Source: Minisyncoccota bacterium
Lineage (GTDB): Bacteria; Patescibacteriota; Minisyncoccia; Phycocordibacterales; CAIZLB01
Assembly (NCBI GenBank): GCA_021734945.1
Contig: JAIPIA010000002.1
Span: 258,829-322,828 of the forward strand
Length of the DNA stretch: 64,000 nucleotides
Reading direction: 5' to 3'
Notes under the pieces: generated by a model
The model's input: the letters and a program-made list of their open reading frames with translations, nothing else
Told to the model about the DNA's origin: nothing
The model's database searches: none
Made by a program: the position numbers and the translations under genes
In this document: positions 28,797 to 39,292 of the stretch, in pieces
Numbering within the stretch: position 1 is the stretch's first letter
How the letters are laid out: each line of letters starts with the position of its first letter

Positions 28797-30011
28797 TTAT
28801 TGTATATTATTCATTACTGAGTAAATTGGCTTAATCATCGATATAGCAAAGAAACCTACTGAAGCACCTATAAACACCATGAGCACGGGTTCAATAATAG
28901 TAGATAGGTCTTTTGTTTTCATCTCTACTTCATTTTCATAAAAAGTCGCTACACCAGCAAGCATTGGAGCCATTCGACCAGTCTCCTCTCCTACACTCAT
29001 CATTTCACCAACAAAAAGAGGAAACAATTTTGTTTCTTGAATGAACATTTTTGACAGAGGCTCACCCTTTTCTATAACCGCCTGACTACTAATCAAAGCT
29101 TTCTTATAGTAAGAATTCTGTAGTACGTCGCTCGTAATCTTTACTGCCATAACTAAATCGACTCCAGAAGTAAGAAGTGATGACAATGTTCTTGCAGTTT
29201 GAGCTGAGTTTCCTTCTTTTACGATAGCTCCGATAACTGGCAACTTGAGCGAGATAAGGTCAAACATTTTTGAGCCTGCCTTTGTCTTACCAATGAATAG
29301 AAGGCCGATAGTCGATCCGATAAAACCACCTAATGTAATAATATAGTGAACAGAAATAAAATCACTTATAGCAATAATAACTTTTGTTGAGGTCGGAAGA
29401 GCAACTTTCATCTCTTTAAATGTATTCGTAAGACCAGGTACAACATAAATCATCATCAAAATAGCAATTGTAATCATTACAAAGATAATAATTGAAGGAT
29501 ACATCATAGCCCCCTTAATCTTTTTTGTGAGCATATAACTCTTTTCCATTTGCACACCAACTTGTTTAAGTGTTTCTGCGAGATTTCCACCTTCTTCACC
29601 TACTTTTACCATCGCAACAAATAGCGGTGGAAATATTTTTGGATAAAGTTCAAGCGCTTCATGAAAACTTTTTCCAGAAGAAATGGCGTCATTCAATCCT
29701 TTGTATGCACCTTTGAGCTTTACACCAGGCGTTTGCCGTTCCATTACACTAATAGCCCTTGAGAGAGAAAGACCTGCTTCAAGCATATTTCCAAGATTTC
29801 TAGCAAAAATAATCTTATCCATTATCTTAATTCGTTCAAACATTGTGATGTTTGTAGAGAGACCAAGTTTTTTTCCACTTTGTTCTTTAACTTGAACAAG
29901 AGTCTCTCCAAGCTTTTTAAATTCAGTATAAAAGTCAGACTTATTCTGAGCCTCAATTGAACCTGTATACTTTTGACCTTCTTTATTTATCGCTGTATAT
30001 GAAAATTTCAT
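28797..30011 (-). CDS. pilC: type IV pilus assembly platform protein PilC/GspF family
   Basis: Two repeated GspF-like cytoplasmic domains with three TM segments; adjacent to the pilB ATPase. Confidence 0.75.
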   Translation of the reverse strand: MKFSYTAINKEGQKYTGSIEAQNKSDFYTEFKKLGETLVQVKEQSGKKLGLSTNITMFERIKIMDKIIFARNLGNMLEAGLSLSRAISVMERQTPGVKLKGAYKGLNDAISSGKSFHEALELYPKIFPPLFVAMVKVGEEGGNLAETLKQVGVQMEKSYMLTKKIKGAMMYPSIIIFVMITIAILMMIYVVPGLTNTFKEMKVALPTSTKVIIAISDFISVHYIITLGGFIGSTIGLLFIGKTKAGSKMFDLISLKLPVIGAIVKEGNSAQTARTLSSLLTSGVDLVMAVKITSDVLQNSYYKKALISSQAVIEKGEPLSKMFIQETKLFPLFVGEMMSVGEETGRMAPMLAGVATFYENEVEMKTKDLSTIIEPVLMVFIGASVGFFAISMIKPIYSVMNNIQ

Positions 30012-30112
30012 ACTATTTTATGGAAAACATCTCAAGCTTATTGAAGCTTAATAATTTACTAACAGTATTATACAGCCAGTTATAACTATTTAGAAATAAT
30101 TATATAGCACAA

Positions 30113-31897
30113 CTACTCAGAAATAACTCGCAATATTTCTTCTATACTTGTAAGTCCTTGCACTGCTTTAAAAATACCGTCTTCAATCATAGTCATCATT
30201 CCCTCCTTACGAGCCTGTGCCTCAATAGCATCGCTCGTAGCATCTTTCATAATCAAGTCTTTGATAGTTGCTGACATTTTAAAGACCTCGTGAATACCAA
30301 CTCGTCCATGATACCCATCATCAGCATCAGAATTAACCTTTGCCTTGTAAAATGGAATAGTTGACCAATCATCTTTAGGTCCAACAATCTTTTCATCTTT
30401 AAGAATTCGAAGTACGTTATCCATATCAATCTTCTTTGAAATAGAAGCAAGTTCCTCTTTTGTAAGAATATATTTTTCTTTTGTCTCAGCCAATCTTCGG
30501 ACAAGTCTCTGTGCAACAACTATTTTAAGAGTAGAAACAAGAAGAAACGGTTCACATTTCATATCTATAAGTCGAGGAATAGCACCAGCAGCTGAGTTGG
30601 TGTGAAGTGTTGAGAACACAAGGTGACCAGTAAGTGCAGCGTTGATACCAAGTGACGCTGTCTCATTATCTCGGATTTCTCCTACCATAATAATGTCAGG
30701 GTCTTGTCGAAGAAGTGAACGAAGTCCAGCAGCAAACGTAAGTCCAATCTCTGATTTAATCTGAGTTTGATTTACACGCTTCATTTGATATTCCACAGGA
30801 TCTTCTACTGTTGAAATGTTTACGTCAGGCTGATTTACAATATCAAGCAATGTATATAATGTTGTAGTTTTACCAGAACCAGTTGGACCTGTGGTGAGAA
30901 CCATTCCCTCAGACATACCCGTTGCATCATGAAGAATCTCGAGATCACGTCCATGGAAACCAAGTTTCTCGAGCGTAAAACCAGAAACAGTTTCTCGAAG
31001 AAGTCGCATTACAATCTTTTCACCAAAATATGTTGGAAGAATAGAAACTCGAAATGAAATTTTTTCGCCGTTAAGCTCTATACGGAATCGTCCGTCTTGT
31101 GGCAAACGCTTTTCATCAAGCTTAAGATTTGAAAGTACCTTAAGGCGCGCAATAATACTTGCACCAGCAGACTTTGGCAGAATCATCGCATCATGAAGCA
31201 TACCGTCAATACGATATCTCACAATCACCTCAAACTCTGTCTGCTCGATGTGAATATCTGATGCATCCTGAATAGCTGCATGTTTCAAAAGTGTATCAAC
31301 GATTCGTACTACAGGAAGGTCTTCAGCAAGTTTTTTGAGGTCATCACCAGATACTTCCCCACCTTCACCATTTTCAGTTGTTACTTTTAGTGATGCAGCT
31401 TCTTGTTGAATAATATCTCCGAAATCAGCTTGCAAACTTTTCTGGTACTGAATGAGAGCAGACTTCATTGACTCAGTGTTTGTAAGTCGTGGAAGAATCT
31501 TAAAACCAGTTTTCTTTTTTATAAAATCAATAGCACCCAAATCATCTGTATCAAGCATCGCAACTTCAAGTGATGCGTCTTGTCCATCAGTATCACCAGA
31601 GTTTCTCGCAATCTTATTGAATGCAACGATGTTGTGATTTCGAGCAATAGGTTCAGGGATGAGCGAGAGCACAGAAATCTCAAGTTTCTGCTTTTTCAAA
31701 TCAACAAATGGAATACCAAGAATATGTGCCTGCATTCGCCGAAAGTCGTCTTCTGACATTTTACCCTCTGAAACCAAAACATCGCCGATATCTTTTTTAC
31801 TTTTTTCAGCTTCTTTCTCTGCAGACTGAAGATCAGCAAGTGAAATAAGTTTTGCGTCTAGAATATATTTTTTAAGTTGGTCAGGTGCAATGTACAT
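30113..31897 (-). CDS. pilB: type IV pilus assembly ATPase PilB/GspE family
   Basis: GspE N-terminal domain, Walker A GPTGSGKTTT, Asp and His boxes. Confidence 0.85.
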   Translation of the reverse strand: MYIAPDQLKKYILDAKLISLADLQSAEKEAEKSKKDIGDVLVSEGKMSEDDFRRMQAHILGIPFVDLKKQKLEISVLSLIPEPIARNHNIVAFNKIARNSGDTDGQDASLEVAMLDTDDLGAIDFIKKKTGFKILPRLTNTESMKSALIQYQKSLQADFGDIIQQEAASLKVTTENGEGGEVSGDDLKKLAEDLPVVRIVDTLLKHAAIQDASDIHIEQTEFEVIVRYRIDGMLHDAMILPKSAGASIIARLKVLSNLKLDEKRLPQDGRFRIELNGEKISFRVSILPTYFGEKIVMRLLRETVSGFTLEKLGFHGRDLEILHDATGMSEGMVLTTGPTGSGKTTTLYTLLDIVNQPDVNISTVEDPVEYQMKRVNQTQIKSEIGLTFAAGLRSLLRQDPDIIMVGEIRDNETASLGINAALTGHLVFSTLHTNSAAGAIPRLIDMKCEPFLLVSTLKIVVAQRLVRRLAETKEKYILTKEELASISKKIDMDNVLRILKDEKIVGPKDDWSTIPFYKAKVNSDADDGYHGRVGIHEVFKMSATIKDLIMKDATSDAIEAQARKEGMMTMIEDGIFKAVQGLTSIEEILRVISE

Positions 31898-32059
31898 GGA
31901 TATGAGAAGTTACAAACGCAAAATGTTAAACAGCGTTTTATGAAAAAATTATATCATGTAAGGACACAAATGCATTTAATAATTTATTTAAAATTGTTTA
32001 TATCTTTTATATATTTTTAGGAATAATATACTTACTAAATATTCAAAATTACAAAAAAG

Positions 32060-32092
32060 CAAAAACCCCGTGCATGTAGCAACGGGGCTTTG
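32060..32092 (-). terminator. intrinsic terminator downstream of GC-rich small ORF
   Basis: aaaaaccccgtgcatgtagcaacggggcttt: a hairpin with flanking A/T runs. Confidence 0.55.
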
Positions 32093-32125
32093 TGATTCTT
32101 TCGAACCACTGGCTGATGTCTCGGT

Positions 32126-32374
32126 TTAAGAGGCACTAGCCGATTCTTTCTCAGCGTTCTTCTTTGCGGCCTGACGAATCATGATCTTGAGGCCGAAGTA
32201 TCCAGTGACACAGGCTGTGGCGAAGGAAAGGACCATGACATGGAACACCGAGGCATCAGGAAGAAGGATTGGCGACAAAATCGCTCCGACGAAGAAGAAT
32301 ACGACGAAGGATAATCCAGTAATGACTGCCCAGAGAGCAGTACAGAGAAGGCTGTAATAGAGACGTGATTTCAT
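32126..32374 (-). CDS. hypothetical two-TM membrane protein in a GC-rich segment
   Basis: 82-aa ORF with two hydrophobic helices and local GC about 50%, well above its surroundings. Confidence 0.4.
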   Translation of the reverse strand: MKSRLYYSLLCTALWAVITGLSFVVFFFVGAILSPILLPDASVFHVMVLSFATACVTGYFGLKIMIRQAAKKNAEKESASAS

Positions 32375-32878
32375 ACGGAGTAATAACAGGTTGACTAACA
32401 GTTGGTGGGTGAATTAAATGTGCACACTTCACTTTTGAAGTACCAAAATCATATAACATATATTACCCATATGTCAATATTCACCCTAGGAAAATCCGTC
32501 CCTGGAGTACCTACACCCCTTGCACCTCTACTATATATATGTATAATATATCCATCTGAAACAGCGCGCCCACAAGGCGGGCTCGTTTTTTTGAGAAAAT
32601 ATGGCTTTTGAGGGCCTGTTTTCACAAGTATGGCTTAAAATAAGCTTTAAATAGCTACTTCGAGCCACACTATTCCTCAAACTGGCGTTTTCGGATAAAT
32701 GGTTCTATTAGTTACGAAAGTCGGCAAAATTCGACAATCGACGCTGAATAGCCCTATTTTCCTATAATAAGCCTAAAAATAACAATTAAATACAAAATAA
32801 CTCCGAAGGAGTGCCTCGCCAAACGGTCGTGTCCAAAAGGACTCGACACGACATGATTCGCAAAATCAGTTGCGAGGC

Positions 32879-34147
32879 ATGATTTCGCTAAATCATATGT
32901 TTGACCTAAAAGTAATTCACTCAGTATTAGACCAGCTTGAAGAAGAGCGTGGCATTCCAAAAGCAAAGATTATTGAGGCTATAGAACTAGCCCTCGCAAC
33001 AGCGTACAAGAAAGAATTCGGCCGAAAGGACCAATTTATTCGTGCGCATTTTGATGTTGAAACAGGAAAGACTGAATTTTCACAAATAAAAGTAGTTGTA
33101 AGCCCTGACCAAATCGTTGAAACGAAAGAGGAACTCCCTGAAAACCCAGTAGAGGGTGAGGAAAAGATTCTTTTCAATGAAGAGCGACACATGCTTATTG
33201 ATACTGCCCGACTTATCAAAAAAGGTGTACAAGTAGGTGAAGAAGTTGTGTTTGACCTTGAATACAAGGACGATTTCGGACGAATTGCTGCTCAAACAGC
33301 AAAACAGGTTATTATCCAAAAGATCCGAGAAGCTGAAAAAACATCAGTTCTCGCAGAATACGGAAAGAAAGAAGGAGAAATCATCTCTGGAACTGTTCAG
33401 CGAACAGAACGAGGAAATGTATTTATCGATATGGGACGAGCAGTTGGTATGCTTCCATACGAAGAGCAGATTCCTGGCGAACACTACAAACAAGGCGAAC
33501 GACTTCGAATGGTACTCCTCAGAGTTGAAGAAACTCCACGAGGTATCTTTGTTCGACTTTCACGATCACACCCAAAGTTCTTAGCTGAACTTTTCAAAGT
33601 TGAAGTACCTGAAATCGTAGCTGGTACAGTTGAAATCAAATCAATTGCACGAGAAGCTGGTCAGCGATCAAAGATTGCTGTTCACTCTACAGATTCACAT
33701 ATTGATCCAATTGGTTCAATGGTAGGTCAGCGAGGTGTTCGAGTTATGACCGTTATGAGTGAACTTGGTGGAAGTGAAAAAATCGACATCATCGAATGGT
33801 CAGAAGATCCTGCTAATTTCATTAAAGATTCTCTCTCACCTGCTGAAGTTGTAAACGTTACAGTTGATGAAGTAAACAAAACTGCAAAAGTTATGGTTAC
33901 AGAAGATCAGCAGTCACTCGCCATCGGAAAAGGAGGGCAGAACGTACGACTTGCAGCAAAACTTACTGGTTGGAGAATTGATATTCAATCAACTGGTACA
34001 AAGAGTACAGATGAAGCTAACACTAACGGAGTTTCAAGTGATGGAGAAAAACTAGAAGGAAACACTGAACATGGAAAAGAAGCAGAAACTATGGCAGGTA
34101 TTACAGAACCAACTATTGCTGATGCAACAGATATTACAAACGCTTAA
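32879..34147 (+). CDS. nusA: transcription termination/antitermination factor NusA (acidic C-terminal tail)
   Basis: EAIELALATAYKKEFG... through S1 and KH domains. The ORF extends to a TTG at 32870; 32897 is an alternative ATG. Confidence 0.8.
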   Translation: MISLNHMFDLKVIHSVLDQLEEERGIPKAKIIEAIELALATAYKKEFGRKDQFIRAHFDVETGKTEFSQIKVVVSPDQIVETKEELPENPVEGEEKILFNEERHMLIDTARLIKKGVQVGEEVVFDLEYKDDFGRIAAQTAKQVIIQKIREAEKTSVLAEYGKKEGEIISGTVQRTERGNVFIDMGRAVGMLPYEEQIPGEHYKQGERLRMVLLRVEETPRGIFVRLSRSHPKFLAELFKVEVPEIVAGTVEIKSIAREAGQRSKIAVHSTDSHIDPIGSMVGQRGVRVMTVMSELGGSEKIDIIEWSEDPANFIKDSLSPAEVVNVTVDEVNKTAKVMVTEDQQSLAIGKGGQNVRLAAKLTGWRIDIQSTGTKSTDEANTNGVSSDGEKLEGNTEHGKEAETMAGITEPTIADATDITNA

Positions 34148-34162
34148 CTTCCGCTAAATCAA

Positions 34163-35227
34163 ATGTCATTTAAAATCACAAAACAAGCTACGCTCCCAGA
34201 TAGTGAATATGAAATTGAAGGAGAGATTCACGCAGATATCGTTAAAGAATTTCGAGACAAAGCAGTAAAAGAACTTTCACTTGAAACTCGAGTGGATGGT
34301 TTCCGACCTGGTCATGCTCCTGAAAAATATGTAGTAGATCGTTTTGGAGAAGTAGCTATTACAGAAGAAGCTGGCCGAATGGCTCTCGAAGCAAACTATG
34401 GTGAAATTATGAAAAAAGCTATTGATGACAAGAAGATTAAAGTTCTTGGATCTCCCGCTGTAACTATTACAAAAGTAGCTCCTGGTGAAGCATTTGGTTT
34501 CAAAATCAAAACAGCTCTCATGCCAGAAGTAAAAGTAAAAGGTTACAAAGCAACAGCAAAGAAAGTAATGTCAGAAAAAACTGATGTAAAAATCACTGAT
34601 AAAGAAATCGATGAAGCAATTGTTGATTTACAAAAGCAGGTTGCTCACACAGACCATCACAAAAATAATCCGGACGATCATGGACATGATCACACAGATC
34701 TTCCACTTCCAGAAGTAAATGATGAATTTATCAAGAAGTTTGGACCATTTGAAACTATTGAAGCATTCCGAGAAAAGGTAAAAGAAGGGATTACTGTTGA
34801 TAAAAACCGAAAAGAAAAAGATAAGAAGAGACTTACAGTTATGGAATCACTTATTAAGGATTCTGAAATCTCAATGCCTAAAATGCTTGTAGAATCAGAA
34901 CTTAGTAAAATGGTTCACGAACTCAGTGCGAATATTTCACAAATGGGAATCGACGTTGAAACATACTTGAAACACATTGGTAAAAATATAGAGGAAATGA
35001 AAAAGGAATGGGTTCCAGACGCAGAAAAGCGAGCAAAGACTCAACTCATCCTCAACCAAATAGCTCTTGATGAAAAAATCACAGTGAGTGAAGATGAAAT
35101 CAAGAAAGAAGTTGAACAAATCATGCAAGTATACAAAGATGCAGATCGAACTCGAGCTGAAATCTACGTAGAAACAGTTTTGTTAAACGAAAAAGTTTGG
35201 GCGTGGTTGGAGGAGCAGGGGAAGTAA
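34163..35227 (+). CDS. tig: trigger factor lacking PPIase domain, with His-rich insert
   Basis: The ribosome-binding N-domain motif VDGFRPGHAP is present and the C-terminal arm domain follows, but no FKBP segment. There is a HTDHHKNNPDDHGHDHTD insert. Confidence 0.7.
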   Translation: MSFKITKQATLPDSEYEIEGEIHADIVKEFRDKAVKELSLETRVDGFRPGHAPEKYVVDRFGEVAITEEAGRMALEANYGEIMKKAIDDKKIKVLGSPAVTITKVAPGEAFGFKIKTALMPEVKVKGYKATAKKVMSEKTDVKITDKEIDEAIVDLQKQVAHTDHHKNNPDDHGHDHTDLPLPEVNDEFIKKFGPFETIEAFREKVKEGITVDKNRKEKDKKRLTVMESLIKDSEISMPKMLVESELSKMVHELSANISQMGIDVETYLKHIGKNIEEMKKEWVPDAEKRAKTQLILNQIALDEKITVSEDEIKKEVEQIMQVYKDADRTRAEIYVETVLLNEKVWAWLEEQGK

Positions 35228-35249
35228 AAAAACAAACACTAGTCTAAAT

Positions 35250-35292
35250 AAAAGCACCTCATTTATCATTTCGAGGTGCTTTTATTTTTTAT
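35250..35292 (+). terminator. intrinsic terminator after tig
   Basis: agcacctcatttatcatttcgaggtgct plus a T-run. Confidence 0.6.
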
Positions 35293-35373
35293 ACTTTCCA
35301 ACTGTGTCCCAAACATAATCAAACTTCTGTCTCAAAGGGCAGATGTTTTATTTTTTGTTTAGTAAAAATTGGA

Positions 35374-35922
35374 TTAATTTAGGTTAATACCGTTTGCTAT
35401 TTTTTGAATAAATTTTACAGCTTCCAACAAACTTGCTGTCGTAAAGTTTGCCTTGTCAGATTCAACTGTAGGTACTCCGGTCTTAACAAGAATAGTTTTT
35501 GTACCCGCATTAAAGCCCGTCATAACGTCAGAGGGTCTATCTCCAATCATCCAAGAATTTTGCAAATCAATACTGAATTCTTTTGCTGCATCTAAAAGTA
35601 ATTTAGGGTGAGGTTTACGACACTCGCAATTATCATCTTCAGCGTGAGGACAAAGATATGTCTTAAGTATCTTAATACCAGTCGGAGCAATGAGCTCTAA
35701 AATATTGTTATTTATCTCCCAAAACTGATTGAGAGTAATCAGTTTTTCTGACAAACCCGATTGATTTGTGATAAAAAATACACCGTAGTCTAAAGTTGAA
35801 AGGACCTTGAGTGCTTCTATTGTATTTGGTAGGAGCTCAATCTTATCGAGAGAACTAACCCTTTCATATTTAGGAACACCTACATTTATTGTTCCATCTC
35901 GATCCAAAAATATAGCTTTCAT
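35374..35922 (-). CDS. HAD-IIIA phosphatase (D,D-heptose-1,7-bisphosphate phosphatase / histidinol-phosphatase-like)
   Basis: FLDRDGTIN motif I and a CxCRKPxP motif. Confidence 0.6.
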   Translation of the reverse strand: MKAIFLDRDGTINVGVPKYERVSSLDKIELLPNTIEALKVLSTLDYGVFFITNQSGLSEKLITLNQFWEINNNILELIAPTGIKILKTYLCPHAEDDNCECRKPHPKLLLDAAKEFSIDLQNSWMIGDRPSDVMTGFNAGTKTILVKTGVPTVESDKANFTTASLLEAVKFIQKIANGINLN

Positions 35923-36007
35923 AAAATAATTGTATCGTAGATATTATTTTAATGGAATAATAATACAATTCTAAAATGCGCTAAACTAGTCACCGGCAAT
36001 AGAGCGA

Positions 36008-36826
36008 TTACCCCACTCTCACCAAAGTCACCACACCTATAGCAGCAGTCTCGGCTCGCAATACATTTTCAGAAAACTTTATTTTTCGAAGTGACATCTT
36101 ATCAAAGTAGACTTCTTCTTTCTCTGACCAACCACCTTCAGGACCAACAATAAACCCAAGCGGATATTTCTTGAGGAGCTCTTTGCCTTTTAACCATTCA
36201 TCACCTCGTTGATGACACACAACAAGATCACCATCATTCGCTAAGAAATCTTCAACAGCTTTCTTTAGTGCGATTGGCTCGTGCACCACAGGTACAGATG
36301 TTCTACCAGACTGTTCAGAGGCTTCAATCGCGATCTTTTCAGCTCGTTTTAAGTTTATGTTTTTCTTTATTGTTCGATCGCAAAGTAGTGGCACAACATG
36401 ATCAACCCCAAGTTCAGTTGCCTTTTGTACAACAAGATCAAAGTTATCATTTTTCAAAATAGACAAAAATAACCAAAGTTCCTCATTTTTTGCAGCGCGA
36501 TTAGCAGTACTACTCATTCGCCCATCGAGACCCTCCTCTCTAACTTCACCAGTTGAACCTTGTTTTGAAAGGTCAGCTTTTTCTAAAATTACTAATTCAG
36601 TCTTAAAATTACCAAAAATTTCAATCATACATAGACATTCTGTCTTAGAATCATCAAAAAGCACCACTCTGCTCCCTGGCATGTATCGAAACACATCTTT
36701 CCATTGATGGATAAGAGCACTGAAATTTTCATTCTGCAAAGTATCTAAAATAAACCGGTCAGAAACCTTTAAATCAGCTAAATTAACCCCATTTTTACCG
36801 CCAATATAGAACCTGTGCAATCTCAT
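36008..36826 (-). CDS. rsmE: 16S rRNA (uracil1498-N3)-methyltransferase RsmE
   Basis: MRLHRFYI N-terminus and a GPEGGWS SPOUT motif near the C-terminus. Confidence 0.7.
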   Translation of the reverse strand: MRLHRFYIGGKNGVNLADLKVSDRFILDTLQNENFSALIHQWKDVFRYMPGSRVVLFDDSKTECLCMIEIFGNFKTELVILEKADLSKQGSTGEVREEGLDGRMSSTANRAAKNEELWLFLSILKNDNFDLVVQKATELGVDHVVPLLCDRTIKKNINLKRAEKIAIEASEQSGRTSVPVVHEPIALKKAVEDFLANDGDLVVCHQRGDEWLKGKELLKKYPLGFIVGPEGGWSEKEEVYFDKMSLRKIKFSENVLRAETAAIGVVTLVRVG

Positions 36827-36982
36827 AAAATATATAGTATAGTGTGATTGAAAGGCTACCAGAAAGATAGAAAAATCACAAATCAGGTAGAGTTTTAAAT
36901 AGGTTTTCTATAAAAATCTAAATATAAACTCATCTCACACAGGCAATAATCCGTACCAAGCTACCTTTTAAACATTTAAATC

Positions 36983-37567
36983 TTGAAACTTATGTTAATT
37001 CCAACAGTAATCGAAAAATCACAATTTGGTGAAAGAGCGTACGACATTTATTCACGACTTCTTAAAGAAAATATCATCTTCCTCGGTGGCGCTATTGATG
37101 ACAACATCGCAAACATCGTCATTGCTCAGATGCTATTTCTTGAATCTGAGAATCCAAAGAAAGACATTGTACTCTACGTAAATTCACCAGGAGGTCATGT
37201 AAAAGACGGTCTAGCAATTATAGATACAATGAACCATATTAAGAATGACGTATCCACTGTTTGTGTTGGTATGGCTGCTTCTATGGGAGCTATGATTCTT
37301 TCAGCTGGTACTAAAGGTAAACGATATATACTTCCAAACGCTGAAGTAATGATTCACCAACCACTAGGAGGTGCTGAAGGTCAGGCTACAGACATCGAGA
37401 TTACAGCTCGACACATTCTCAAAACAAAAGAGAACTTAGCTAAAATGATATCAAAAAACACAGGTCAACCACTTAGTAAAGTTGAGAAAGACATGGACCG
37501 TGATTTTTATATGTCAGCAGACGAAGCTAAAAAGTACGGGATTATAGACAAAGTTCTTAACTCATAA
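36983..37567 (+). CDS. clpP: ATP-dependent Clp protease proteolytic subunit
   Basis: VNSPGG and GMAASMGA (active-site Ser) motifs, plus a His region. Confidence 0.88.
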   Translation: MKLMLIPTVIEKSQFGERAYDIYSRLLKENIIFLGGAIDDNIANIVIAQMLFLESENPKKDIVLYVNSPGGHVKDGLAIIDTMNHIKNDVSTVCVGMAASMGAMILSAGTKGKRYILPNAEVMIHQPLGGAEGQATDIEITARHILKTKENLAKMISKNTGQPLSKVEKDMDRDFYMSADEAKKYGIIDKVLNS

Positions 37568-37573
37568 ACCGCT

Positions 37574-39106
37574 ATGATCGAACTAAAAATAGCCACAATG
37601 CTCACCATTCTAGGTGTGGGTATTGGCTTCTCGGTTGGATATCTCATTCGAATCCTTGTTGCTTTGAGTAAAAAGAACTCTATTGAACTTGATATAAAAA
37701 AGATGATGATTGACGCACGTGAGAAAGCTGAGCGTGTAACTCTTGAGTCTGAGAAAAAAGCTTCTGAAACACTCAAATCTGCTCGTGAACAAGTACGTGA
37801 ACGTGAAGACAGTATTATCAAGGCCGAAGAACGCCTTGCTAAAAAGGAAGAAATTTTGGAAATGAAAGAGGTGGAACTTCAAAGTGGTGCAGAAGCACTC
37901 AAAATAAGAGTTGCTGAAATCAAATCAATAAAGGACCGTGTAGACAACAGTAAAACTGAAATTGAGAATGAAATACAAAAAGTAGCAAACCTAACAAAAG
38001 AACAGGCTGAAGCAAAACTTCTTGCTCAAATCGAGACAGAAGCTCAAACTTCCCTCTCATCACGTATTTATAAATTAGAAACATTTGCAACAGAATCACT
38101 GGAGCAAAAAGCAAAAGAAATTTTAGCTGTTTCTATTCAACGTCTAGCAGTATCAGTACCAGCTGATTTATTTTCTACATATGTGCCTATAATTTCTGAA
38201 GATGATAAAGGTAAAATTATCGGAAAGGAAGGTAGAAATATCAAGGCGTTTGAAAAAGCAACCGGAGTTGAAGTTTTGGTTGATGACCAGCCTGATGCAA
38301 TAATGATTTCATCGTTTGATCCAATCCGTCGACAAGTTGCTAAAATTGCGCTCGAAAGATTACTTCAAGATGGGAGAATTCAACCAGCCAAAATAGAAAA
38401 AGAAGTTGAGATAGCGCAAGGAGAAATAAGTAAAATAATAAAAGAAGCAGGAGAAAGAGCTATCTATGAAACAGGTATTACACCTCTTGATCCACGTATC
38501 ACTGCAATACTTGGAAGACTTCATTTTCGAACAAGCTACGGACAAAACGTTTTACAGCATTCTATAGAATGCGCCCATCTAGCAGGTATGATTGCCGAAG
38601 AACTTGGTGCTAATGTAAATGTTGCAAAGACAGGTGCACTTGTACACGATATTGGTAAAGCACTTGATCATGAAGTACAAGGAACTCACGTAGAAATAGG
38701 TAGAAAAATCTTGCAAAAGTTTGGAGCGAGTGAAGAAATTATCAAGTCAATGCAAGCTCACCATGAAGAATATCCTTATGAAACTGTAGAGTCACGAATC
38801 GTTCAAACCGCTGATGCAATTTCAGGAGGGCGACCAGGAGCACGAAAAGATAATATCGAAAATTACATAAAAAGACTGACCGAACTTGAACAAATAGCGA
38901 AAAATGAGAAAGGAGTAGAGAAAGTGTATGCTCTCCAAGCTGGCCGTGAAATACGTGTCTTCGTGCACCCAGAAACAGTGTCCGACCTAGATGCCAAAAA
39001 TATGGCTAGAAATATAGCTAAAAACATCGAAGAGGAACTCAAGTATCCTGGCGAAATCAAAGTACATATTATTCGCGAGACTCGTGTTGTAGAATACGCT
39101 CGATAA
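37574..39106 (+). CDS. rny: ribonuclease Y
   Basis: N-terminal TM helix, a coiled-coil, a KH domain (GKEGRNIKAFE) and an HD domain (LVHDIGKA). Confidence 0.85.
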   Translation: MIELKIATMLTILGVGIGFSVGYLIRILVALSKKNSIELDIKKMMIDAREKAERVTLESEKKASETLKSAREQVREREDSIIKAEERLAKKEEILEMKEVELQSGAEALKIRVAEIKSIKDRVDNSKTEIENEIQKVANLTKEQAEAKLLAQIETEAQTSLSSRIYKLETFATESLEQKAKEILAVSIQRLAVSVPADLFSTYVPIISEDDKGKIIGKEGRNIKAFEKATGVEVLVDDQPDAIMISSFDPIRRQVAKIALERLLQDGRIQPAKIEKEVEIAQGEISKIIKEAGERAIYETGITPLDPRITAILGRLHFRTSYGQNVLQHSIECAHLAGMIAEELGANVNVAKTGALVHDIGKALDHEVQGTHVEIGRKILQKFGASEEIIKSMQAHHEEYPYETVESRIVQTADAISGGRPGARKDNIENYIKRLTELEQIAKNEKGVEKVYALQAGREIRVFVHPETVSDLDAKNMARNIAKNIEEELKYPGEIKVHIIRETRVVEYAR

Positions 39107-39292
39107 ATCATTACTTTTGATCACAACCCTCAATCATCGATCCAGATAGACTTTGGGCAAAATTGGACTCTAAAACTTCATAATTGATTCACTTGAAATG
39201 ATGGGTTGCCTAAAATATGGCTTGATATATAATTAGAATCACGGAACAGAACAAGGTCGACTATTTAATAAAATATAAATCGCTAAACCAAA

